Numbered from the whole stretch's first letter, positions 1-11,740 are shown. The stretch is DNA of 63,926 bases, filler included, from Octopus bimaculoides (GCF_001194135.2; 11 parts of 10 records of this genome joined end to end with filler, not necessarily neighbours in it), one strand, 5' to 3'. The notes: a model not told the origin generated them from the letters alone. Made by a program: numbers and translations.

Positions 1-202
1 TCATATGGCAGAACCCCGTGTGAAGATAATTCACTCTTCAAAACGCTTGAAAGAATTCTTTAGCAGAGGTGAAAAAGCAATAGAAGAAAATATAAAAAAA
101 CCCCCCACATATTGCTTATCCCCACCCGCCGTTCTTCTTTTACCAAAGAATTATGGTTTTTGTCATTGTTTTTCTTTCGTTATTGCGTAGTTTATTGTGC
201 AT

Positions 203-583
203 GGAGGCACAATGGCCCAGTGGTTAGGGCAGCGGACTTGCGGTCGTAGGATTGCAATTTCGATTCCCAGACCGGGCGTTGTGAATGTTTATTGAGCGAA
301 AACACCAAAAGCTCCACGAGGCTCCCGCAGGGGACGGGTGGTGAACCCTGCTGTACTCTTTCACCACATCTTTCTCTCACTCTTTCTTCTTGTTTCGCTT
401 GTACCTGTATTTGAAAGGGCCAGCCTTGTCACACTGTGTGTCACGCTGAATCTCTCCCGAGAACTACGTTAAGGGTACACGTGTCTGTGGAGTACTCATC
501 CACTTACACGTTAATTTCACGAGCAGGCTGTTCCGTTGATCGGATCAACTGGAACTCACGTCGTCGTAACCGACGGAGTACCA
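203..583 (+). mobile_element. tRNA-derived SINE (family C), near full length
   Basis: A-box-like TGGCCCAGTGG and B-box-like TTCGATTCCC in a tRNA-like head; a highly similar second copy lies at 55302-55614. Confidence 0.85.
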
Positions 584-960
584 TGAGGTTTTCGCCTGCT
601 ATTTCTAGGAAAGGGTCATCCGGCACCTTCGCCACAGGGTCCTGCCAGGAGCAACTATCATTACACTTTTCGGCTGGGTTTTCAAGCGTGATGAACTGAG
701 ACTTTGGATATTGTCCAACCATCTCTCTCTTGGTCTACCCCTAGGTTTCCTGTCGGTTTGGCTCGGACTGAAGAATCTGTCTTGCGATTCTTTCCTACGA
801 CATTCTAATTACATGTCCGTTGGACCAGAGTTGTGACCTCTCAATGCGAAGTAGCAGCTCCACATGGAGAGAGACCCTGATTTCCAAGCTACGCATCCTG
901 TCGAGCAACGTTATTCCAGGGACCATTCGGAGAAACCCAATTTTAGTTGTTTGTATTTGC
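584..960 (-). mobile_element. RTE-clade LINE, degenerate 3' end of ORF
   Basis: Minus-strand translation gives LLLLRIERSQLWSNGHVIRM...IARQILQSEP...RPRERWLDNIQSLS, the RTE C-terminal W.GHV.RM / GRPR..W motifs; homologous to the copy at 27790-28010. Confidence 0.75.
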
Positions 961-1031
961 GGTCGTGTTCTTTAGGTTATTACCTTAACATTAAACCATA
1001 AAAGTATAGTTACTTTCTCGAGTAATGCCGA

Positions 1032-1254
1032 CTCATAAGGGCCGGTTTCCCGGTTTCATGGCATATAAATTCCCCACCTGGATGGGACGCTGGTCAGTCG
1101 CAGGGTTACTCATTTTTGCCAGCTGAGTGGACTGGATCAATGAGAAATAAAGTGTTTTGCTCAAGAACGCAACTCATCGCCCAGCAGTCCAGGAATCGAA
1201 ACCACAATCTTACGATCATGAGTCCAACACCTTAACCACTAAGCCACGCGCCTC
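1032..1254 (-). mobile_element. tRNA-derived SINE (family D) with CORE-like and V-like central segments
   Basis: Reverse strand: GGCGCGTGGCTTAGTGGTTAAGG (A box), GTTTCGATTCC (B box), CTTGAGCAAAACACTTTAT, CCAGTCCACTCAGCTGGCAAAAATGAG, CCTGCGACTGACCAGCGTCCCATCCAGG; partial second copy at 6125-6259. Confidence 0.8.
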
Positions 1255-1272
1255 GACTATTACATTACATTT

Positions 1273-1450
1273 ATGACCATAGGTGAGGACATGCACGATA
1301 AACGAATCCAAGAAAGCAAATTTGGCTTTTTTGCCAACCTTTTCTCTTTCGAGGATCGAATGCTGGAGAAGGCATCTGCAATTCTAGCAGCCAACGGGTC
1401 ACATTTTGTTAATAAACAGTATCCTTCTCGAAAAGATGTAATAATAATAC

Positions 1451-1493
<43 letters not shown>

Positions 1494-2290
1494 AGTTTTT
1501 TTTAATGACAATCATGTATAGGAAAATTAGCAGCGGTGAACATTTTCTTAAAAGGTGTCTCGTTTATTGAGAGAACACTAGTAAAATTTATTTGGTTTGG
1601 TGCGAAGTTTTTGATTTCTCAGATAAGTCGCTTTTACAAAAACCTGGAATTAACGACTAGAAGCATGTTCATGAATATTTAGAACATGTGCAATCGCATG
1701 AAAATGCAGTTCATGATCTGGAGTGTCTCGGAAAAGTAGTTAAAGACATCACTGCGATTGTAGACTGACAAATAGAACTATTGTTGAATATGAGAAGCAG
1801 CTGCGTGTGGTAAAATGGAGAGTATTGGCGTAAATTTTTGAAACTTTTAATGGGAATCGTTCTGTGTTTAGCTGAAAACAATTTCGCTTTCGGGGGAATG
1901 CCATATACATTATTTATATCGGTCAATAGGTTGTATTTTTTTTAAAGGTTTTGTCGAACGACTTGTAAAATGTAATCTAACAACGAATGCTTTATGTGGG
2001 TTGCATCCAAATCAGTAATTTATTCAGTGTGGAACCAAAAAAAAAAAAAATGTTCGGCATGAAATAATCAGTTTGTTGGGCAATGCTGACGAAGGAAATG
2101 TATTGAACCGAAGCCAAATATTTCAACATTTTCTTAGACAGTGGATCAGATATAAGTCACATGATGCAGCATTAGGTTACAATATGGTTTTTAAATGCAG
2201 AAGCCATTTCAACAAAGGAACTTCCTGCTAAATATAAACCATTTACAGATTCTACAGTCAGAGAATTGTGTGAGATTAATAATTGATTTT
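1273..2290 (+). pseudogene. hAT-family transposase relic (zf-TTF + DUF4371/ZMYM1-like region), frameshifted
   Basis: Across frames: YRKISSGE..RCLVY, GIND*KHVHEYLEHVQSH, IVLCLAENNFAF.G, HEIISLLGN, AKYFNIFLDSGSDISH, FTDST; these match the ordered motifs of hAT transposases. Interrupted by (CA)n at 1452-1491. Confidence 0.65.
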
Positions 2291-2297
2291 CCGAGAT

Positions 2298-2355
2298 GAG
2301 AGAGAGAGAGAGAGATAGATAGAGAGAGATAGATAGATAGAGATAGAGAGAGAGA

Positions 2356-2442
<87 letters not shown>
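2298..2442. repeat. (GA)n/(GATA)n compound microsatellite
   Basis: Direct reading. Confidence 0.95.
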
Positions 2443-2443
<1 letters not shown>

Positions 2444-2622
2444 TAGACTGATATAACTGCCGAAATTAAGACTACGATATTGGCTTAAACATGACAGAAA
2501 AGCAATTAGAGGGCCCAGAACGTGGATTATGAATGTAAATCGACGTTAATGGTCAGTGATAATGCATGAAATTATCGGGTATCCACTTCGTATCCTGGTA
2601 CTTTCTGAAGTACACATCCACG

Positions 2623-2673
<51 letters not shown>

Positions 2674-3290
2674 NNNNNNNNNNNNNNNNNNNNNNNNNNN
2701 NNNNNNNNNNNNNNNNNNNNNNNNNNNNNNNNNNNNNNNNNNNNNNNNNNNNNNNNNNNNNNNNNNNNNNNNNNNNNNNNNNNNNNNNNNNNNNNNNNNN
2801 NNNNNNNNNNNNNNNNNNNNNNNNNNNNNNNNNNNNNNNNNNNNNNNNNNNNNNNNNNNNNNNNNNNNNNNNNNNNNNNNNNNNNNNNNNNNNNNNNNNN
2901 NNNNNNNNNNNNNNNNNNNNNNNNNNNNNNNNNNNNNNNNNNNNNNNNNNNNNNNNNNNNNNNNNNNNNNNNNNNNNNNNNNNNNNNNNNNNNNNNNNNN
3001 NNNNNNNNNNNNNNNNNNNNNNNNNNNNNNNNNNNNNNNNNNNNNNNNNNNNNNNNNNNNNNNNNNNNNNNNNNNNNNNNNNNNNNNNNNNNNNNNNNNN
3101 NNNNNNNNNNNNNNNNNNNNNNNNNNNNNNNNNNNNNNNNNNNNNNNNNNNNNNNNNNNNNNNNNNNNNNNNNNNNNNNNNNNNNNNNNNNNNNNNTATA
3201 TATATATACATATACATATATATATATATATATGTGAGCACATATATCCATCCATCCACACACACACACACACACGCACGCACACATACG

Positions 3291-4488
3291 CAGGGTGCGA
3301 TGGGTAAATTGTCGCCATTTTTTATTTTTAATTTAGCGCATTGTTTGTTTTTGATTTTGTCGACCAGGCAGTATAGTAGGATCAGTTGGGCACCGTCTGA
3401 GAGAAAAAAAACAGCACCACAATCAGAAATTTACAAACGACCTTCTGTACTGCTGGCATTTGCACTAGAAGCTCCAATATGAACATTTCAGAGTGTTTGG
3501 GTGTCAACCTCAGGACAGTGCAGAGAAATGGATTATTACGAAGGTACAGCAGCTCGGAATACTCACTATGATCGTTCTGATAAAAAAAAAGACAAAAAAA
3601 ACTCCTGAATTTGTTGGTGAGATCCAGATCATGGTTGACAACGATCCCTCGAAGTCAATCAGGTCCATCGCCAGGAGCATGGAAGTATCTGAGCTTCTTA
3701 TCAGCCAGGTAGTGCGTGAAGACATTCGGTATTATTCACACAAGATGAGAAAGGGCTAATTTTTATCCCAAACCATCAAGGACAAGAGGAAAGAGGAAAG
3801 ACCACACTACGAAGCTTTTGAACAAACTCAAGCACTCCTTCTAACCGAACATGCTTTGGTTTTATCAGAAGAGAAAAATTTCTGCCGGGATCCTCAGAAC
3901 ATGTACCAAGAACGATAAAAATCAAGCATCTAGTCAACATCATGATGCTTGGAGTACGCCTCCATTCATCTTTTCACACGCCCTCGGACTCAACATGGAG
4001 GCCTAAATTAAGTGTATGGAGGAGGTAGTGCTGCACTGGGTCAAGAAGGTTGCTGCTAGAAGACCCAATGTCTGGCAGCAGGACTCTGCACTATGCCACA
4101 CAACCAGGAGAACCCAGTCATGACTATCAGACAATTTCTACGACCACATCACCCCTAACTCCCCACACTGCAACCTCTTTGATTATTATGGGGCGCAGTT
4201 GAGCGAGAGACCAACAAAACTTCTTGTAACACCAAAGATGAACTGAAGGCAAGGATTATAGCAACATTCACCAACTGAAACAAGGAGACCGTTCAGAAGA
4301 GTTGCAGGAGATTCCGAAGTCGTCTGGAGGCCATGGTTGAAGCCAATGGCGATTTTATTGAATAAATTTATTCTTTAGTATTTCAAGATAGTTTTATGTT
4401 AGATTGGTAAATATATCTGTTAAAATGAGATGTCAGTGTTATTTTCATTTTTGCGTAATTTAGGCGACAACTTGTTCACCGCACCCTG
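3291..4488 (+). mobile_element. Tc1/mariner superfamily element, maT/DD37D-like, defective
   Basis: 26-bp imperfect TIRs (CAGGGTGCGATGGGTAAATTGTCGCC / revcomp CAGGGTGCGGTGAACAAGTTGTCGCC), TA at the right end; broken transposase: DPSKSIRSIARSMEVS, WQQDSALCH, PNSPHCNLFDYY, RFRSRLEAMVEANGDFIE. Confidence 0.85.
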
Positions 4489-4761
4489 TATGTATGTGTG
4501 TATATATNNNNNNNNNNNNNNNNNNNNNNNNNNNNNNNNNNNNNNNNNNNNNNNNNNNNNNNNNNNNNNNNNNNNNNNNNNNNNNNNNNNNNNNNNNNNN
4601 NNNNNNNNNNNNNNNNNNNNNNNNNNNNNNNNNNNNNNNNNNNNNNNNNNNNNNNNNNNNNNNNNNNNNNNNNNNNNNNNNNNNNNNNNNNNNNNNNNNN
4701 NNNNNNNNNNNNNNNNNNNNNNNNNNNNNNNNNNNNNNNNNNNNNNNNNNNNNNNNNNNAT

Positions 4762-4795
<34 letters not shown>

Positions 4796-5596
4796 GTATG
4801 TGTTTGTGTACATATGTTGGTATTCTTCCCTGAAACGGTGGCGGGCACATTTACATGGTGTATTTCTAGAAGGACAGTTTCCATCATTGTTTTATTGTTT
4901 TATTAATGTGAATGAAACAACTAAAGAGACACCAGTAAATTTTATTTCCAATACGTTTATAAGTCCTCTACTCCGAAATCCTCTCTCACCGCCTCACTCC
5001 ACCACCAGCCTAAGAATAATGTTGTTTACTCGTGGCAAACAGCCGAAAACAAGTTACAATAAATATCACTGAATTATTACTGAATATTATCAATATGAAA
5101 TTTGCCACGGACAATATTATCAATAATAATATAAACAATAAACTTATTGTGTAAATAATACAGCTAGAAGAAACTTAAAGACGCCATGATTGAATAACAT
5201 CGTTTACATAACAACTATTGTTTTCTGAAGCAAGCTCGTTTATTTCATCTGCAGCCCTTTTTTTCTCTCGCTCTTTCTTGCTTAAGCGTTCGCTCTCTCG
5301 CTCGGTTTTCCTCCAGTTGTAATTTTATTGGCGAGAAGATAACAGCTTTAAGGAATATTCTGAGATTGTTTCACTGCCAATCGGAAGCGATGTGGAACTG
5401 AAAATTTTCCGACATTCAATTGACACGAAAAAAAAAAAAAAGAAAAAGAAAAATATTTAGCCAGCTAACAGCAGCAACTGGTCGGAATAAGCGAATTTAA
5501 GTTTCGTTGTTTCGTAATAGGCTTCTGTTACTCGACTGAGTGGGCATATTTATTGTGTTTTCTGCGTTTGCTAATGTACACATGCATGCGCCTGTG

Positions 5597-5605
5597 TGCG
5601 TGCGG

Positions 5606-5641
<36 letters not shown>

Positions 5642-5999
5642 AAGAGAGTGTGTGTGTATTTGCTTGTGTATGCACGTGCTTGTACATGTATGCGTACATG
5701 TGTATTCGGCTCTCGATCGTAAGGTCTGTGTGTGTGTACGTATACATACACAGATACAGACACACAGACACACACAGACACACACACACACACGCGCGCG
5801 TACACACACACACACATACACACCCATATAAATAGAAAATAGTGGCACAACAATGTACCAATGCTTGCTGGAAAATAATATAAATATATACATATGCGTG
5901 TGTGTGTATGTGCCTCTGTGTGTGCTTTCGTGTGTGAGTGTGCGTGTATGTTTGTGTGTGTGCATGTGTTTGTGTGTGTGTGTATTTGTTTGTATGTAC

Positions 6000-6032
<33 letters not shown>
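5597..6032. repeat. Compound (GT)n/(GA)n/(CA)n/(TA)n microsatellite field
   Basis: Direct reading. Confidence 0.9.
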
Positions 6033-6037
<5 letters not shown>

Positions 6038-6124
6038 AGCAGTTAATATGATTATATGTATTGTGACGAGTGTATCTAAGTTTCTCTATATGTACATACG
6101 TGTGTGTATATATACATATGTTAA

Positions 6125-6259
6125 GCCGTTGGCTTAGTGGTTAGGATATTCGACTTACGATCGTAGGATCGAGAGTTCGATTCTCGGCGGCGAGTTGTGT
6201 CCTTGAGCAATACACTTTATTTCACATTGCACCAGTCCACTCAGCTGGCAAAAAATGAG
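6125..6259 (+). mobile_element. SINE family D, 5' half
   Basis: TGGCTTAGTGGTTAGG, GTTCGATTC, CCTTGAGCAATACACTTTAT, CCAGTCCACTCAGCTGGCAAAAAATGAG; matches 1032-1254. Confidence 0.8.
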
Positions 6260-6377
6260 GGATCTTTCTGATTTGGCGGGTACCACGTTTTATTTAGTGT
6301 GATTTCTACCGAAACACTCTAAAACTTCCTATACTTGTATATTTTGTCTTATAGAACAGAAATTTTTTTTTCATATT

Positions 6378-6574
6378 CGAAGAATCCCGTATTTGGACGA
6401 GGGAATAGTCGATCATATCGACCCCAGTGCACAACTCGTACTTATTTAATCGACTCCGAAAGGATGAAAGGCAAAGTCGACCTGGGCGGAATTTGATCTC
6501 AGAACGTAAAGACGGGCGAAATACCGCCAAACGTTTCGTCTGGCGTGTTAATGATTCTGCGTACTCGCCGCCTT
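6378..6574 (-). mobile_element. SINE family B (head AAGGCGGCGAGCTGGCAGAA)
   Basis: Reverse strand contains TTCTGAGATCAAATTCCGCC and GTCGACTTTGCCTTTCATCCTTTCGGAGTCGAT, shared with more than ten other copies in the window. Confidence 0.85.
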
Positions 6575-6627
<53 letters not shown>

Positions 6628-7385
6628 CNNNNNNNNNNNNNNNNNNNNNNNNNNNNNNNNNNNNNNNNNNNNNNNNNNNNNNNNNNNNNNNNNNNNNNNN
6701 NNNNNNNNNNNNNNNNNNNNNNNNNNNNNNNNNNNNNNNNNNNNNNNNNNNNNNNNNNNNNNNNNNNNNNNNNNNNNNNNNNNNNNNNNNNNNNNNNNNN
6801 NNNNNNNNNNNNNNNNNNNNNNNNNNNNNNNNNNNNNNNNNNNNNNNNNNNNNNNNNNNNNNNNNNNNNNNNNNNNNNNNNNNNNNNNNNNNNNNNNNNN
6901 NNNNNNNNNNNNNNNNNNNNNNNNNNNNNNNNNNNNNNNNNNNNNNNNNNNNNNNNNNNNNNNNNNNNNNNNNNNNNNNNNNNNNNNNNNNNNNNNNNNN
7001 NNNNNNNNNNNNNNNNNNNNNNNNNNNNNNNNNNNNNNNNNNNNNNNNNNNNNNNNNNNNNNNNNNNNNNNNNNNNNNNNNNNNNNNNNNNNNNNNNNNN
7101 NNNNNNNNNNNNNNNNNNNNNNNNNNNNNNNNNNNNNNNNNNNNNNNNNNNNNNNNNNNNNNNNNNNNNNNNNNNNNNNNNNNNNNNNNNNNNNNNNNNN
7201 NNNNNNNNNNNNNNNNNNNNNNNNNNNNNNNNNNNNNNNNNNNNNNNNNNNNNNNNNNNNNNNNNNNNNNNNNNNNNNNNNNNNNNNNNNNNNNNNNNNN
7301 NNNNNNNNNNNNNNNNNNNNNNNNNNNNNNNNNNNNNNNNNNNNNNNNNNNNNNNNNNNNNNNNAATAATAATAATAATAATGAT

Positions 7386-7566
7386 AATAATTGCAGCGTG
7401 GAAGGTGTTTATAAGCCATTTAAAATAACACACATAAACCGTTAGATTCACTTCAACATTTAAATTTAAAAAATTAAATTAAATTAAATTAAAATTTTGA
7501 AGTAAATCTAACGGTTTTTGTGTGTTATTTTAATGGCTTATAAACACCTTCCACGCTGCAATTATT
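7386..7566. repeat. ~70-bp-arm near-perfect inverted repeat (hairpin)
   Basis: 7386-7456 is the reverse complement of 7497-7566 with few mismatches; AT-only spacer. Confidence 0.9.
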
Positions 7567-8142
7567 TTCGTTCCAGCACACGATCTCAGATCAGGTCACT
7601 TGCTATGCAAGTATATCTCCGCAAAAATGATAATAATGATTTCATTTATTTGCCACGAGGGCGAATAATAATAAATGAAATCGAACCAGCGCATGTGTAT
7701 ATTATTAGCTTAATGACTTCAGCCTTCCGAAATACAGCAAACTGTGCTTCAACACAGGAGTTCACATCAAAAATCTTGGAGACCAAATAGAAAAACAAAA
7801 TGTTTATTTTGTTCTGAATAATATATTAATAAATGTCGTTTATGTATTCAGTGCAAACAATACTAATTACAAACACGGAATAATAAACTGCTCCGAGCAA
7901 GTCATTGCAATATTTAGAGACATCACATTACAAATATGACATTGTAGTTAGTAAAAGGTTGACATTTGGAAAATATTTAATTAAGTAAAAACAGAAAGTA
8001 ATAATTATTTGCATAATACTTTCAAATACATTAATTATTGATATAACTATTACCAGCGACTAATGAAACAAATATTGGTAATTAGTTACTGTTTGGCAAG
8101 TAATCTGAAATACTAATTAATACTCTGATAATGAGATCTCTT

Positions 8143-8227
8143 AAGGTGGCGAGCTGGCAGAATTGTTACCACGCTGGATGAACTGCTTAGCGGTATTTCA
8201 CCCATTGTTACGTTCTGAGTTCAAATT

Positions 8228-8228
<1 letters not shown>
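8143..8228 (+). mobile_element. SINE family B, 5' fragment
   Basis: AAGGTGGCGAGCTGGCAGAA...GCTTAGCGGTATTTC...GTTCTGAGTTCAAATTC. Confidence 0.8.
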
Positions 8229-8267
<39 letters not shown>

Positions 8268-8659
8268 NNNNNNNNNNNNNNNNNNNNNNNNNNNNNNNNN
8301 NNNNNNNNNNNNNNNNNNNNNNNNNNNNNNNNNNNNNNNNNNNNNNNNNNNNNNNNNNNNNNNNNNNNNNNNNNNNNNNNNNNNNNNNNNNNNNNNNNNN
8401 NNNNNNNNNNNNNNNNNNNNNNNNNNNNNNNNNNNNNNNNNNNNNNNNNNNNNNNNNNNNNNNNNNNNNNNNNNNNNNNNNNNNNNNNNNNNNNNNNNNN
8501 NNNNNNNNNNNNNNNNNNNNNNNNNNNNNNNNNNNNNNNNNNNNNNNNNNNNNNNNNNNNNNNNNNNNNNNNNNNNNNNNNNNNNNNNNNNNNNNNNNNN
8601 NNNNNNNNNNNNNNNNNNNNNNNNNNNNNNNNNNNNNNNNNNNNNNNNNNNNNNNNNNN

Positions 8660-8704
<45 letters not shown>

Positions 8705-9065
8705 ACACATATGTATGCAAAGAATAAGAAAAAATGTCTTGAGGACTTCATCAAAAATAAAAGAAAGCAGATCAAAGCATGCTACCGGTTTCAATTCCTT
8801 TAAAAGACGATCTAATCATACTGAAATAGAAAGGAAAGTAAAATGGAATAGTCTAAAATATATTTATTCTTCATGATACCTCTTCTGAAAGTTCACATGT
8901 TTTCCTTACAAAATCAGCGTGGTAGTTGGCTTTCTACTGATGACTGATGGGGCGTAGTATACACATACACACACACACGGACACACGTACATGCATACAC
9001 ACACACACGCGCGCACACACATACGCACACGCTAGCACACACATACGCACACGCGTGTGGGCGTA

Positions 9066-9281
9066 TATGGAATGCTGAAAAGTTCCTGGCTTTAAGGGTA
9101 TCACGAAGGGCCTGGTTGGAGGCTCAACCTTCCGAGTTATTTTACAGGGCTTAGAAAAATCGAAGGACCGATGTAATAAGTGTGTCAATCTGCGAGAGGA
9201 ACACGTTGAATAAAATCGTAATTAACTGATCCTTCAGTATTGTCTTTTACCCAAAGCCAGGAACTTTTCTGCATACCCTCG
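9066..9281 (+). mobile_element. Internally deleted mariner (CGAGGG-type TIR) non-autonomous element
   Basis: Terminal inverted GCTGAAAAGTTCCTGGCTTT / AAAGCCAGGAACTTTTCTGC, TA flanks; interior encodes a transposase C-terminus DRCNKCVNLREEHVE*. Confidence 0.75.
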
Positions 9282-9992
9282 TATATGTATACCGCAGTAT
9301 ATAGCTCAGTTTGTATATCTGTGTGTGTAAAAGAATTATGATTGGCTTAATTATTGCTGTCGTAAGAGAGCAACTGAGGACGCAGCAGAAAGTATGAGAA
9401 CAAAGGTGGAATTAATTTAACAACGGCCTGCATAACAATAGTACAAAGGCAGCGTCAGGACAGTCTAACAGCGAGAGTGTAACGATGAAATAACAAGAAA
9501 TGCGGTTACGTTGCTGGCGAACGGCTTGGTTAGCAATATAAGGCTATGTTCTGCCGCCCATTCTTTCATTTTGGATTTGCAATATAAAAGAAAATCAGTT
9601 CTTCTATAGTAATAAATTATTGCTTTCTGAAGAGTTTCTTATATACGAATGTGTGTATGTGTGTGTAAATATGTGCACATATATACATATGTATGTATGC
9701 ATGTATGTATGTATGTATGTATGTATGTATGTATGTATGTATGTATGAGTCTATGTATGTATGGTTGTATGTATGGGTCTATATGTGTACGTATCAGTGT
9801 CAATGCTTATGTAAGCCTGTGGTCGAGTGTATGTTTGTGCATGTATGAATGTATGTGTATATAGATATATAGACGAGAGAGCAAGAAATATATTTTGACT
9901 AACGCTTTATAACTGAGGTAGCTTCTATATTGTCTGCAGCCGAACTTAATTGCTCGATATGTTGTTCGTCTGTTGTTTTTTGTGAATTCTCC

Positions 9993-10023
<31 letters not shown>

Positions 10024-10153
10024 NNNNNNNNNNNNNNNNNNNNNNNNNNNNNNNNNNNNNNNNNNNNNNNNNNNNNNNNNNNNNNNNNNNNNNNNNNNNN
10101 NNNNNNNNNNNNNNNNNNNNNNNNNNNNNNNNNNNNNNNNNNNNNNNNNNNNN

Positions 10154-10308
10154 ATGGGTTTCTTTCAGTTTCCGTCTACCAAATCCACTCACAGGGCTTT
10201 GGTCGGCCCGAGGCTATAGTAGAAGATACTTGCCCAAGGTGCCATGCAGTAGGACTGAACTCGGAACCATGTGGTTGGTAAGCAAGCTACTTACCACACA
10301 GCCACTCC
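10154..10308 (-). mobile_element. SINE family A (CORE-type), 5' half
   Basis: Reverse strand GGAGTGGCTGTGTGGTAAG...GTTCAGTCC...CACCTTGGGCAAGTATCTTC...GTAGACGGAAACTGAAAGAA; matches the full copy at 48493-48902. Confidence 0.85.
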
Positions 10309-10343
10309 TATTTTATATATACTTAGGTATATAGCTGTATTTA

Positions 10344-10380
<37 letters not shown>

Positions 10381-10992
10381 TTGTCTGTCCGTTTGTCCGA
10401 CCGTCTATATCTTTTCTCTGCCTGTCTGAACGTATAAATGAATGCATGTACGTGCGTATGAGTTTATGCATTTATATATGTGTTTTAAATAGACATGACC
10501 CCAAGAACACGTTACAAAAATTAGTAAGAACACCGTACCCATGTTATTTTAAAGTCCCCCTTTTTTCTTTATTTAGTTTTTCTTATTTTTTTTCTTATTG
10601 TGCTACTGATGAGTACTCTTTGACAACTCAGATTCTTAAAATGAATTTATTACCTTTCTGTACGAAACGATCGTATAGCGAAATGAATAAAAAATATTTT
10701 ATTCCATATTAACATCTAATCTCCGTTTACGAAAAATATGATTGAATTTGTCGAATATTTGTGTGTATGTCATTATTGAGTTTTATTCCAAGATTTCTTG
10801 CCAATAGAGAAAGAACTGGTTTCTAACCTAGATCCAAGGTTCCTTCGTTGGAATTTCAACAACGTATGTATGTATGTATGTATGTATGTGCGTGTGTTTA
10901 TGTATGTATGTATGGATGTATGTGTGTATGTATGGATGTATGTATGTGTGCATGTATGTGTGTGTGTGTCCTTGTGTATGTGTTACTCTGGT

Positions 10993-11150
10993 CTACCACC
11001 GTTTGACACCCGGTGTTGGCTTGTTTACGTCATTATACCAAAGTTTAAAAAAAATGAACTGGGTCGATTCGTTCGACTAAAACTCTTCAACGTGGTGTCC
11101 CAGCATGGCCGCAGTCGAGTGATTTAAACAAGCAAGATATAAAAGAATAA
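10993..11150 (+). mobile_element. SINE family A, 3' half
   Basis: GGTCGATTCGTTCGACTAAA...GGTGTCCCAGCATGGCCGCAGTC matches the family-A tail. Confidence 0.7.
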
Positions 11151-11284
11151 TAAAATGGCTGTTGAGTGAAATCTTATAGAAATAATGTGATTTAGATAGA
11201 TTCTATACAAATGGACAGTAACAATATCTTCTCTTTTCCCCTGTTTCTTTATTTGAAAATATATATTTTATTTTATCTTTACAG

Positions 11285-11353
11285 AAACGGACAATACCAA
11301 TAACAATGGCGGTTGTGTTTTTTGTCTTTGGACTAAGAAAGCCAAAAAATATC
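11285..11353 (+). CDS. Candidate 69-nt internal exon of an unidentified host gene
   Basis: Pyrimidine tract + TTTACAG acceptor (ends 11284), GTAAGT donor (11354-11359), length divisible by 3, two open frames; unique sequence. No homology recognised. Confidence 0.35.
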
Positions 11354-11545
11354 GTAAGTCGAAATATATGTGATAACAATGATTTTTGTTTGGCCTCTTT
11401 AAGAAATACAGTCGACATCTTCAACATTGTTACCTGAACAATATAATACGGTCTAGTGATAATCTCTTTTAAAGGAGATAGATAAAGTCATATGATGAAT
11501 GAGACTGCAGCAATGGGATTTTTCTGTCTGTCTGTCTGTCTCCCC

Positions 11546-11597
<52 letters not shown>

Positions 11598-11697
11598 NNN
11601 NNNNNNNNNNNNNNNNNNNNNNNNNNNNNNNNNNNNNNNNNTTAATTAATTAANNNNNNNNNNNNNNNNNNNNNNNNNNNNNNNNNNNNNNNNNNNN
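11598..11697. other. Synthetic assembly spacer N44-TTAATTAATTAA-N44 (first of ten)
   Basis: Same 12-mer inside N runs at 11642, 24147, 26528, 42624, 45417, 51351, 54580, 57697, 60748, 62824. Confidence 0.95.
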
Positions 11698-11740
<43 letters not shown>

